In this document: positions 6,964 through 15,717 of the stretch, one piece after another
Layout of the letters: the number at the start of each line of letters is the position of its first letter
Numbering within the stretch: position 1 is the stretch's first letter
Source: Candidatus Zixiibacteriota bacterium
GTDB lineage: Bacteria > Zixibacteria > MSB-5A5 > GN15 > FEB-12
Assembly: GCA_040752815.1 (NCBI GenBank)
Contig: JBFMGC010000004.1
Span: 2,551 to 66,550 of the forward strand
DNA length: 64,000 nucleotides
Direction of reading: 5' to 3'
Made by a program: the position numbers and the translations under genes
The notes under the pieces: model-generated
Told to the model about the DNA's origin: nothing
The model's database searches: none
Seen by the model: only the letters and a program-made list of their open reading frames with translations

Positions 6964-9645
6964 ATGAAGACAGTAACTGACAACGGCGAAAAGAAATCAA
7001 CCGCCTACTCGGCGGCTGAGATCGAGAATAGGATTTATCAGCATTGGGTGGAGGCGCGCTTTTTCCACGGCTCCTCGGAGTCAAAGAAGAAGCCGTATTC
7101 TATTGTGATTCCACCCCCCAATGTCACCGATGTCCTCCACCTCGGCCACGCCCTGAACAACACCATTCAGGACATCCTGATACGCAAACATCGGATGGAG
7201 GGGTTTGAGAGCGAGTGGCTGCCGGGCACCGACCACGCCGGTATAGCAACCCAGGTGATTGTCGAAAAGCAACTGGCCAAAGAGGGTACGACCCGCCGCG
7301 AAATCGGGCGCGAGAAGTTTGTCGAGCGCACCCGCGCTTGGGCCTATCGCAATAAGGACATTATCCTCAGCCAGTTGCGGCGGATTGGCTGCAGCTGCGA
7401 CTGGGAGCGCACCCGGTTCACCCTCGACGAAAACCTTTCGCGCGCCGTCAGCGAGGTCTTCATCCACCTCTACAACAAAGGCCTGATCTACCGCGGCCAC
7501 CGTATCGTGAACTGGTGCCCGTCGTGCCGGACGTCGCTGTCCGACGACGAGGTCGAACACGAGACCTTCAAAAGCCACCTCTGGTACGTGCGATACAAAA
7601 TCAAAGGCTCGGACGAGTACCTGACCGTTGCTACGACCCGCCCGGAGACAATGCTGGGCGATACGGCGCTGGCAGTGTCACCAAAAGACAGCCGTTACAA
7701 AAAGCTGGTCGGCCGCACCGTTATTCTCCCTATCCTCGAGCGGGAGATACCGATTGTCAGCGACAGTTATGTTGACCCAGAGTTCGGCACCGGGGTAGTC
7801 AAAGTGACCCCCGCTCACGACCCTAACGACTTCGAAATCGGCAAGCGACACGATCTGCCGGAGATCAATATCCTAAACACCGACGGCACCCTCAACGAGA
7901 ACGCGGGCAAGTACAAAGGGTTGGACCGTTACGAAGGCCGCAAGGCGCTAGTGACCGATCTCGAAGCCAAGGGGCTGCTGGAAAAGACTGAGGATTACGA
8001 GCTCTCGGCCGGGACCTGCTATCGCTGCCATTCGGTGGTGGAGCCGTATCTCTCGCTGCAGTGGTTTGTCAAGATGCGCGAGCTGGCCAGCCCGGCTGTG
8101 GAAGTACTCAAGAAGGGCGAACTCCGCTTCCACCCCGACTACTGGGCCAAGACTTATCTCCACTGGATGGAGAATATTCGCGATTGGTGCATCTCCCGGC
8201 AACTCTGGTGGGGGCATCGCATCCCGGTCTGGTACGCCGAGGACGGCACCGCGTTTGTCTCAGTGGATCGACCCGCGGCCGAACAATGCCCCGGCTATGA
8301 CCCGGCTACTCTGGTCCAAGACGAAGATGTTCTCGATACCTGGTTTTCGTCGTGGCTCTGGCCGTTTTCTACGTTCGGCTGGCCCGATAAAACACCGGAA
8401 CTGAGAAAATTCTATCCCACCCGCGTTCTCGTTACCGCCTCGGAAATCATCTTCCTCTGGGTGGCGCGGATGGTCATGGCCGGTTTCGAGTTCATGGGCA
8501 AGTGCCCGTTCAGCGATGTCTATATTCACGGGACGGTGCGCGACGCCAACGGGATCAAGATGTCGAAGTCGCTCGGTAACGGAATTGACCCGGTGGAGAT
8601 TATTGATAAGTACGGCGCGGACTCTCTTCGCATATCGCTGGTGCTGGCCACGCCCGACGGCCAGGACCCGTGGATCAGCCGCAATACTTTCGAGGGCGGT
8701 CGCAACTTTGTCAACAAGCTCTACCAGGTATCGCGTTTTGTCATGCTTCGCCTCGAGGGTCGGTCCCCGGTGTTAGACAAGCTCGATGAATCCGACCTGG
8801 TCATTTTCGACCGCTGGATCCTCTCGCGGCTGGAGCGGACGATTGCGTCGGTGGAGCGATCCTTCGACGAATTCCGCCTCTCCAGCGCCGCCAAGACGCT
8901 GTACAACTTCGTCTGGGAGGACTACTGCTCCTGGTATGTCGAGCTGATTAAGCCGGATCGCCCGGGTGAGCCGATCCGCGAAAACTCGCTGAACGTAGCC
9001 ACCTATGTTCTGGCCCGCATTCTGCGGCTGCTGCACCCGTTTATACCGTTTGTCACTGAGGAAATTTACGGTCAATTGGTGGCTTCCGCCGGCAGGAGCG
9101 AGCGCGACGCTACGCTAGTGTTCGGCCCGTGGCCGAGCTCCGACGGCAGGCATGTCGACGATCGTCTCGAGGAAAGCCTGAAGCAGATTCAGGAGGTGGT
9201 TGTGGCGGTTCGCTCGACCCGATCGGAGTTGAACGTGCCGCCGGGCAAGCGGTCGGATTTGTATGTTCGCGTGAACAACGAATCCTTCGCTCGACTACTT
9301 GAGGATCACATACAGTACTTTCGCTCGCTCGCCCGGGTCGAGAATCTGCATTGTGGAACCACGGTCAAAAAGCCTCCGCTCTCAGCCTCAGCGGTTATCT
9401 CAGGAGCGGAGATCTTCATCCCGCTGGAAGGACTGATCGATATCGAGGTGGAGAAGACACGCTTGAGCAAGGAACTGACCAATTTGAAGGACCAACAGGT
9501 CAAGGTCGCCAAGAAGCTCGCGAACCCCGATTTCCTGGCCAACGCGCCGGCCGAGGTTATCGACCGCGAGAAGCTCAAGAAACGCGACTACGAAGAGCGT
9601 ATCGAGCGGATCAATAAGAATCTTGAGCAGATTCTGGGGTGGTAA
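6964..9645 (+). CDS. valS: valine--tRNA ligase
   Basis: 893 aa. HIGH-type motif (DVLHLGHALN), KMSKS (IKMSKSLGN) and a C-terminal coiled coil. Confidence 0.97.
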   Translation: MKTVTDNGEKKSTAYSAAEIENRIYQHWVEARFFHGSSESKKKPYSIVIPPPNVTDVLHLGHALNNTIQDILIRKHRMEGFESEWLPGTDHAGIATQVIVEKQLAKEGTTRREIGREKFVERTRAWAYRNKDIILSQLRRIGCSCDWERTRFTLDENLSRAVSEVFIHLYNKGLIYRGHRIVNWCPSCRTSLSDDEVEHETFKSHLWYVRYKIKGSDEYLTVATTRPETMLGDTALAVSPKDSRYKKLVGRTVILPILEREIPIVSDSYVDPEFGTGVVKVTPAHDPNDFEIGKRHDLPEINILNTDGTLNENAGKYKGLDRYEGRKALVTDLEAKGLLEKTEDYELSAGTCYRCHSVVEPYLSLQWFVKMRELASPAVEVLKKGELRFHPDYWAKTYLHWMENIRDWCISRQLWWGHRIPVWYAEDGTAFVSVDRPAAEQCPGYDPATLVQDEDVLDTWFSSWLWPFSTFGWPDKTPELRKFYPTRVLVTASEIIFLWVARMVMAGFEFMGKCPFSDVYIHGTVRDANGIKMSKSLGNGIDPVEIIDKYGADSLRISLVLATPDGQDPWISRNTFEGGRNFVNKLYQVSRFVMLRLEGRSPVLDKLDESDLVIFDRWILSRLERTIASVERSFDEFRLSSAAKTLYNFVWEDYCSWYVELIKPDRPGEPIRENSLNVATYVLARILRLLHPFIPFVTEEIYGQLVASAGRSERDATLVFGPWPSSDGRHVDDRLEESLKQIQEVVVAVRSTRSELNVPPGKRSDLYVRVNNESFARLLEDHIQYFRSLARVENLHCGTTVKKPPLSASAVISGAEIFIPLEGLIDIEVEKTRLSKELTNLKDQQVKVAKKLANPDFLANAPAEVIDREKLKKRDYEERIERINKNLEQILGW

Positions 9646-9792
9646 TTCGGGCCACAAGCCGGTGGAAGCGCGCGTTTTGCAGAACCACAATTGTCGCTCG
9701 CTGACGCTTGCTCCGCTCAGGTTCTCCCCTACGATTAGCTTCTGGTACTGCCCGACGCTCCGACCGCCAGACAGGGCATCCCGCAGAAATGA

Positions 9793-9826
9793 AAACCGTC
9801 CGGGGGGAACCGGACGGTTTCGTTGA
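9793..9826. terminator. bidirectional rho-independent terminator
   Basis: 11-bp stem AAACCGTCCGG (9793-9803) / CCGGACGGTTT (9810-9820). An A-tract lies 5' and a T-tract 3', so both strands read stem plus U-run. It sits 34 nt after the minus-strand gene end and 148 nt after valS. Confidence 0.7.
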
Positions 9827-9853
9827 GAAGAGGTATATCAAAAAGAGAAGGGG

Positions 9854-10303
9854 TTAGTTTTGACTTTTCTTTACCATATCTTCAAGGAAGCCTTGCATAG
9901 TCCGGGCGCCGGCGGTGTCGGGATACGACGCGATTTCGACCGGGATCGCTCGATCGGCCTGGTCACCGTAGCGAGCCTTGAGACTGCCCTTGACGATCTC
10001 AGTTAGCCGCCTGGCGGCGATTTCCGCCCCCTGGCGAGGGGTTTCCGGCTGCAACACAGCCAAACAATGGCCCATCAGAAGGTCGACGTGATCACACGCC
10101 CTGACTGCCGCCTTAACTCGGCTGGTCACGTCCTCAAGGACCTCCGCGGCTTGATCGGCGGCGATTTCTCGGGCCGGCCCCAGGTCAATAATCGTAAGGG
10201 AGACAAATACTCGGTACCGCTCAGCGCGATTGAGTTCAACCGCCACTTTGTCCGCGAACGTCCCGGGACACCGCGTATCGATGGTGGTTCTCGGTGCTTC
10301 CAT
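9854..10303 (-). CDS. stand-alone degenerate GGDEF-fold protein (A-site MGHCL, I-site RxxD retained)
   Basis: VRACDHVDLLMGHCLAVLQPET aligns without gaps to the PleD-type VRAIDLPCRYGGEEFVVIMPDT. The upstream RAERYRVFVSLTIIDLG and downstream VEIASYPD match GGDEF-core positions. RBS GGAG lies 8 nt before the ATG. Confidence 0.6.
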   Translation of the reverse strand: MEAPRTTIDTRCPGTFADKVAVELNRAERYRVFVSLTIIDLGPAREIAADQAAEVLEDVTSRVKAAVRACDHVDLLMGHCLAVLQPETPRQGAEIAARRLTEIVKGSLKARYGDQADRAIPVEIASYPDTAGARTMQGFLEDMVKKSQN

Positions 10304-10362
10304 AATCGTTGCTCCACCAAACGGGGCCGTCGTCTGGCATACCTACCTATCTGGTTAGTGTG

Positions 10363-10378
10363 AGCAATAATCGTTCCA
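10363..10378 (-). promoter_or_regulatory. sigma-54 (-24/-12) promoter
   Basis: The minus strand reads TGGAACGATTATTGCT, versus the consensus TGGCACG-N4-TTGCW. GG and GC spacing is exact and 11 of 12 conserved positions match. It lies about 60 nt upstream of the ATG at 10303 and downstream of a bEBP gene. Confidence 0.6.
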
Positions 10379-10664
10379 GTTACCTAATAAGGAGATACGC
10401 GGGAAAACGTTTCCGACCTGAGATCTCGCCCGACGCTTTAGCCGCACTAACTGCTTGTCATGCACGTAGAGGACACTGTGGACAACATCATGATCTGGTC
10501 GTGACATCCACATGACACCTCGACATGTGCAGAGGGGTGCTCAAAACTTGCACAGGGGGACATGATGGTATGTATGGGAGTTTTCTGATTGTGCCGCTGG
10601 GCGACCCTGCCCGGCGGAATGTGCGCCATCCCACTCTCAAGCGCGTGGGCCACCGAAGATGGCC

Positions 10665-12095
10665 CTAAGATGTCGAGTTGAGATTATAGTCTTTGATCTT
10701 GTAGAGCAGGGACCGGTAGCTTATGTCCAGGAGTTCGGCCGCCTTGCGGCGGTTCCAGTTGGTCTTGGTCAGGACCTCGGCAATAAGTCGTTTCTCTTCG
10801 GCAGCGACCTTTCTGCCGACTCTCCCTTTCAGAGAATAACCGACTTCAGCCTCACCCTCTGCCGGTATGGGCGCGATCACCGGTTCCGAGGGCGGCCGGG
10901 GATCCTCGGGGCGTGCCATGTGCGCGGCAGCGGCGATAAGCTCCGTGATTATCTGCTCGTCGGAGCGCACCACCACCTGCTTGACCATATTCTCGAGCTG
11001 GCGGACGTTGCCGGGCCAGTGGAAGGCCATCAGCCGGGCGACCGTTTCGGGCGTCAGTGCCTGGTACTCCTTGCTGTAGAGCTTGTTGTACTTGGCCAGG
11101 AAGTGAGTCAAGAGCAGCGGTATATCTTCTTTTCGATCCCGCAAGGGCGGCAGGAACAACGTGATTTCATTGAGGCGGTAAAACAGATCGTCACGAAATT
11201 CCCGGCTGGATATGGCATGCTCAAGATTGCGGTTAGTGGCGCAGATGATTCGGACATCCACCCGGATGTTGTTGATTCCGCCGACCCGCACGAACTCCTG
11301 CTGCTCGAGTACTTGAAGCAGTTTTGACTGCAGTTCCAGCGGCATATCGCCGATTTCGTCGAGGAATATGGTCCCCTTGTTAGCTGATTCAAACCGACCC
11401 TGCTTGGTTTTGTGCGCGCCCGTAAAGGCGCCTTTCTCGTACCCGAAAAGCTCCGCCTCAAGTAAGTCACGGGGAATGGCGGCACAGTTCACTTTGACAA
11501 ACGGCTGATCCCGACGCGAGGACAACTGGTGCAGAGAACGAGCCACGATCTCCTTACCGGTACCGGACTCACCTCGTATAAGCACAGTCAACTCCGAGTC
11601 GGCCACCTGATCGATTATTCCCTTCACGCGGGCCATCGGTTCGGAATCGCCGACAAATGTTGAGTAGTCGCTGCGCGCTTCCAGCTCTTTCTTCAGAGCG
11701 GAAACCTCCTCCCGAAGTTTCACCCGCTCCATCACACCGTTCAGGTGAATCTCCACTTCACGGACGTCGAACGGCTTGTCGATAAACTCGGCCGCCCCAA
11801 GCCGCATGGAGTCGACCACATACTTGGTGCCTCCATGACCGGAGATCATAACTACCTCGGGCCGGTTCTCCATCTTGTTCAGCTTCTCCAGGACCTCCAG
11901 GCCGGTCATGCCGGGCATCTTGATATCCAGCAGAATCAGGTCCGGTTTCTCCGTGGAGACCATTTGAATGCCCTGGATTCCGTCGGTAGCCGACACAAAC
12001 TCGAAACTCGTAGACAGCCCTTCGGAAAGAATCCAGGCGATCTTGGGATCGTCGTCGATAACCAGCACTTTGATCTTGGCTTTTTCGCGAGGCAT
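10665..12095 (-). CDS. sigma-54-dependent response regulator (NtrC family: REC + AAA+ + Fis-type HTH)
   Basis: REC (VLVIDDD...LILLDIKMPG), Walker A GESGTGKE, GAFTGA loop (YEKGAFTGA), C-terminal HTH (NWNRRKAAELLDISYRSLLYKIK). ATG at 12095 has a GAGAGGG RBS. The ORF-track start at 12140 is a TTG without an RBS. Confidence 0.93.
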   Translation of the reverse strand: MPREKAKIKVLVIDDDPKIAWILSEGLSTSFEFVSATDGIQGIQMVSTEKPDLILLDIKMPGMTGLEVLEKLNKMENRPEVVMISGHGGTKYVVDSMRLGAAEFIDKPFDVREVEIHLNGVMERVKLREEVSALKKELEARSDYSTFVGDSEPMARVKGIIDQVADSELTVLIRGESGTGKEIVARSLHQLSSRRDQPFVKVNCAAIPRDLLEAELFGYEKGAFTGAHKTKQGRFESANKGTIFLDEIGDMPLELQSKLLQVLEQQEFVRVGGINNIRVDVRIICATNRNLEHAISSREFRDDLFYRLNEITLFLPPLRDRKEDIPLLLTHFLAKYNKLYSKEYQALTPETVARLMAFHWPGNVRQLENMVKQVVVRSDEQIITELIAAAAHMARPEDPRPPSEPVIAPIPAEGEAEVGYSLKGRVGRKVAAEEKRLIAEVLTKTNWNRRKAAELLDISYRSLLYKIKDYNLNSTS

Positions 12096-12194
12096 AGTTG
12101 TCGCCCTCTCGAAGTTACTTATCGGCAACAAATCCTGCAATTTAAGTCAGAATCTACCGCCGTTGCCGAAAAGTCGCAATAACCTGCAATAGAA

Positions 12195-14336
12195 TCAAGG
12201 TTTATATGGGAAATACACAGAGACCGTGGTCCCCTTGCCTTCGACGGAGCTCAGATGCAGCGTGCCGCTGTGTGCGGAGATGACCCGCTCCACCACGGCC
12301 AGTCCGAGGCCGGTACCAGTCTCTTTAGTTGTGAAGTAGCGATCAAACACTCGGGACAAGTGCTCTTTCTTGATACCACAGCCGGTGTCCGAGACGTGGA
12401 TGCCGAGGTAGTCTTCATGGCGGTGGGGGGGTCGCTCGATCCGTCCGGTCACAGTCAACTTGCCGCCGTCGCGCATGGCGTCAACCGCGTTAATGAACAG
12501 GTTGAGAAAGACCTCCATCACCTGGTTCTTATTGGCGATGATCTCCCAGTTGCCATCGGAAAAATCGGTTGAGTACTCAATCCGATTCTTCCTCAGGTCA
12601 GGCCCGACAAGCTCGGAGGCTCGCTGAACTATATGGCGCAGGTCGAGCTTGGCGGTTTCATAACGATTGGGATTGGAAAAATTGACCAGTTCCTTGACAA
12701 GGTCGTTCATGCGGTGGATTTCTTCCTCCGCCATCTTGAAGAAATCCGACTTCTCGGTGATATCCGGCCAGCGCTGGCGGAGTATCTGCAGCTCGCCTTT
12801 GATAGTCGTGAGAGGGCGCCGCAGATCGTGCGAAATCTCAGAGATCATGTTCCCCATGGTCATGAGGCGGGTGGCGTTGAGCAGCGCTTTTTCCTTTTCG
12901 AACAGCACGGATGCCTGTGAAATGACCAACTGGGCTAGCGTGAAATCCTCCGGTGAATAAGCGCGTTCGTCGTCGGCACCGAGATAGAACACGAATGCCA
13001 GCTCGCCTGAACGCAAGATGGGAACCGCCATATAGGCGTGGGCCGGCTGGGGAAAATGTTTGTTGCCCCGGATCCGGTCTCCGACGAGTTGACTCAGCGC
13101 GGCTATATCTTCGAGATTCACTTGATCGGGATTGAGCCCGGTGATGAGGACCGCCTCGCGACTTACTCTCGAGAGATCGATCTTGCCGCTTTCGGTGAGC
13201 GGTATATCGGTCTTTCCCAGGGCGCCGGCCGGTATAAGCGCCCGGGCAGCGTTATCCCAGGCGAACCAGATCGCATAGTCGACTGGGAAAGCCCGGCGGA
13301 GCTTCTCGATCAACACCTGGCGAAAGTTTTCCCACGAATCGATCCCGGGCAGAGCGCGTGAGATCTGATGCAGCACTTCGTATTCTACCAACCGACGTCG
13401 GTTCTTTTCAAACTGGGAGGCGTCATCTACCGCCACAGCAGCTTGCGAGGCGAAATTGCTCAGCAGGCGGAGATCGTCACTCGTAAACACCTGGCCGCCG
13501 TTTTTATTGGCCATGTTTATGACCCCGAGCACGGTGTTCTTGATCCGCAGCGGCGCGCAGAGGAGCGACGCCGCGCCGTACCGTTCCCGGTTTATCCTCT
13601 GAAAACGACTGTCCTTCTCGACATCCTCGACAATAAGCGGCTCGCCGGACTTAGCAACGAATCCGGCGATAGAAGCCCCCAGGGGCAGCTTGGTCTTGCG
13701 GACGATGTCGTCGTGAAGGCCGATAGCCGCCTCAATGGTCAGGTATTGACCGGTTTCGTCCACCAGCATAATCGAGCCGACATTGGCCTCAGTCACAGTC
13801 GAGGCCAGGATGACGATCTGGCGCAGCAGGTCATTGAGGTTCGCCAGCGAACCTATCGACTTACCCGCCTCGTAGAGGGCGTTGAGTTCCCCCACACGCT
13901 GCTGGAGAATGAGATTGGAGAGGCGGAGTTCTTCCACCAATCGCAAGCGGGCGAGCTCGGACTCGCGACGCTCCAGGGCGCGGGTTACCGACAGCTCCAG
14001 GCGATCAAAATCGACCGGCTTGAGAAGGTAATCGTAAGCGCCCAGACTGATGGCCTCCAGCGCGCTGTCCATCGACGCGTACCCGGTCAGCAGGATGACC
14101 GGGATGCCCTCATCGACCTGCTTGACTATCTGGAGAATCTCCAGACCGTCGAGAACGGGCATTTTGATATCCGAGATGACGAGATCGACTTTCTGGTCAC
14201 GGATCGCCTTGGCGGCATCGGGCGCCTGCTGAAAGGCGAGGACTTCGCGTCCGTCTCCCTGTAGCAGCGCCGAGAGTGACTCGCACAAACGGAGTTCGTC
14301 GTCGACTATGAATATCCGGGCAGCGGGTTTGGTCAT
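12195..14336 (-). CDS. hybrid sensor kinase REC-GAF-GAF-HisKA-HATPase (no TM segments seen)
   Basis: N-terminal receiver (IFIVDDE...LVISDIKMP), two GAF-like regions, H-box ISEISHDLRRPL, and G-boxes DTGCGI / GTGLGL. ATG at 14336 lies 5 nt after the upstream stop. Confidence 0.88.
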   Translation of the reverse strand: MTKPAARIFIVDDELRLCESLSALLQGDGREVLAFQQAPDAAKAIRDQKVDLVISDIKMPVLDGLEILQIVKQVDEGIPVILLTGYASMDSALEAISLGAYDYLLKPVDFDRLELSVTRALERRESELARLRLVEELRLSNLILQQRVGELNALYEAGKSIGSLANLNDLLRQIVILASTVTEANVGSIMLVDETGQYLTIEAAIGLHDDIVRKTKLPLGASIAGFVAKSGEPLIVEDVEKDSRFQRINRERYGAASLLCAPLRIKNTVLGVINMANKNGGQVFTSDDLRLLSNFASQAAVAVDDASQFEKNRRRLVEYEVLHQISRALPGIDSWENFRQVLIEKLRRAFPVDYAIWFAWDNAARALIPAGALGKTDIPLTESGKIDLSRVSREAVLITGLNPDQVNLEDIAALSQLVGDRIRGNKHFPQPAHAYMAVPILRSGELAFVFYLGADDERAYSPEDFTLAQLVISQASVLFEKEKALLNATRLMTMGNMISEISHDLRRPLTTIKGELQILRQRWPDITEKSDFFKMAEEEIHRMNDLVKELVNFSNPNRYETAKLDLRHIVQRASELVGPDLRKNRIEYSTDFSDGNWEIIANKNQVMEVFLNLFINAVDAMRDGGKLTVTGRIERPPHRHEDYLGIHVSDTGCGIKKEHLSRVFDRYFTTKETGTGLGLAVVERVISAHSGTLHLSSVEGKGTTVSVYFPYKP

Positions 14337-14340
14337 GGCG

Positions 14341-15717
14341 TTACGGCTTGGCCACCAACGGAAGGTGTATATCGAAACAGCCCCCGTGGTCTGCATTCGT
14401 ATAGATTATCGACCCCTTGTGGCTTTTGATGATACTCTGACAAATGGACAGTCCCAGGCCGGAGCCGTCATCACCCTTGGTCGTGAAGAACGGCTCGAAA
14501 ATGCGCGGGATGACTTCCGGTGGGATGCCGGGGCCGGTGTCGGCGAAGCGAACGTGTGCCTCGTTGCCGCGGCGGTTGAGTTCCACCGTGAGTCGTCCAT
14601 CCTGTTTCATGGCGTCGCGCGCATTCAAGATCAGGTTCAGAAAGACTTGTCGGAGGTGGTCGGCGCTCCCTTTCACAAACAGCGGCTCGGACGACAGTTT
14701 TCTCTGTATGTCGATTCGGGAAATCGAAAGCTGGCGCGAGGACAGCGCCAGGGTTCCGTCGAGAATCTCTCGGAGGTCCACGACGGCGAATTCGACCCGC
14801 GACGGCCGGTGAAACCGCCGCAGCTCCTCGACGATTCTGGCAATCCGATCGATCTCCTGGCTGACTACCTCGACATAGTGCTTCTGTTTGTCCGGCTCGC
14901 CGCCGGAACGCTGCAGCAGCAACAGGTAGTTCTTGATAATACCGAGCGGGTTGTTGACCTCATGGGCGATTTTGGCCGACATCTCGCCGAGCGTAGCCAG
15001 CCGCTCCGCCTGCATGAGCTGACTCTGCGCCTCCCAGAGTTGTTCATTGGCTGCCTTCTCCCCTTCATAGAGGCGGGCGTTTTCAATAGCGACAGAAATC
15101 TGGTTTCCCAGCGACGAAATAAACTCTATTTCGTCCTGTGTAAACGCCTTCTCGGCGATCTTGTCGGCCAGCAGAAACAGCCCGGCCAGGCGGGTTTTGT
15201 AAATGAGCGGGACCAACATACCGCCTTTGAAGAAGCCAAGCACCTCTCTCTCCCTCACCGTGGTTAGGTCAGGCGAGAGATCCACCACCGGTGTCGGTCG
15301 GTTCAGTCGACTGAGATACCGTATGAGCCGGGTGTCATCCTGGAAGCCGCTTCCGGCAGGCGGCATGGCTCCGGACCCCTTCGCTTTGGCCAGCCGGAAC
15401 TCGCGGGAATCGGCGCTCTCTTTCAGAAAAAGGGCGGCCCGAAGCGCGCCCACCTGTCCCAGGCAGGTGAAGATGAACGACTCGAGAAGAGTTTTGTAAT
15501 CCAGCACCGCGTTGAAATTGCGGCTGATTTCGAATATCGTGTAGAGATCGAAGATCTTGCGCTTGAGCTGACGATTGGTCCGCGATAACTCCTCCAAGCG
15601 GGCCTCTGCGGATTTCTCCGGTTCGGGCGGGCGCTTTTTGAGCGGCGAGGGGCGAGTTGCCCGTGGGATTGACGCGCTTCGCTTTCCCTTGAGATGGCTG
15701 TCCCTGGTTCGGGCCAT
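14341..15717 (-). CDS. soluble GAF-domain sensor histidine kinase
   Basis: Basic Lys/Arg/Pro-rich N-terminal tail, a coiled coil, a GAF region, H-box SAKIAHEVNNPL, and an ATPase domain (DTGPGI, GSGLGL). Its ATG overlaps the folC stop by 1 nt (TAATG). Confidence 0.88.
   Translation of the reverse strand: MARTRDSHLKGKRSASIPRATRPSPLKKRPPEPEKSAEARLEELSRTNRQLKRKIFDLYTIFEISRNFNAVLDYKTLLESFIFTCLGQVGALRAALFLKESADSREFRLAKAKGSGAMPPAGSGFQDDTRLIRYLSRLNRPTPVVDLSPDLTTVREREVLGFFKGGMLVPLIYKTRLAGLFLLADKIAEKAFTQDEIEFISSLGNQISVAIENARLYEGEKAANEQLWEAQSQLMQAERLATLGEMSAKIAHEVNNPLGIIKNYLLLLQRSGGEPDKQKHYVEVVSQEIDRIARIVEELRRFHRPSRVEFAVVDLREILDGTLALSSRQLSISRIDIQRKLSSEPLFVKGSADHLRQVFLNLILNARDAMKQDGRLTVELNRRGNEAHVRFADTGPGIPPEVIPRIFEPFFTTKGDDGSGLGLSICQSIIKSHKGSIIYTNADHGGCFDIHLPLVAKP

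Noticed and set aside
10536-10552. Plus-strand sigma-54-like string GGTGCTCAAAACTTGCA.
   Set aside because: The GG-to-GC spacing is 2 nt too long for a -24/-12 promoter. It points toward the 3' end of the bEBP gene with no downstream plus-strand gene. It is more likely part of the repeat-containing enhancer region.
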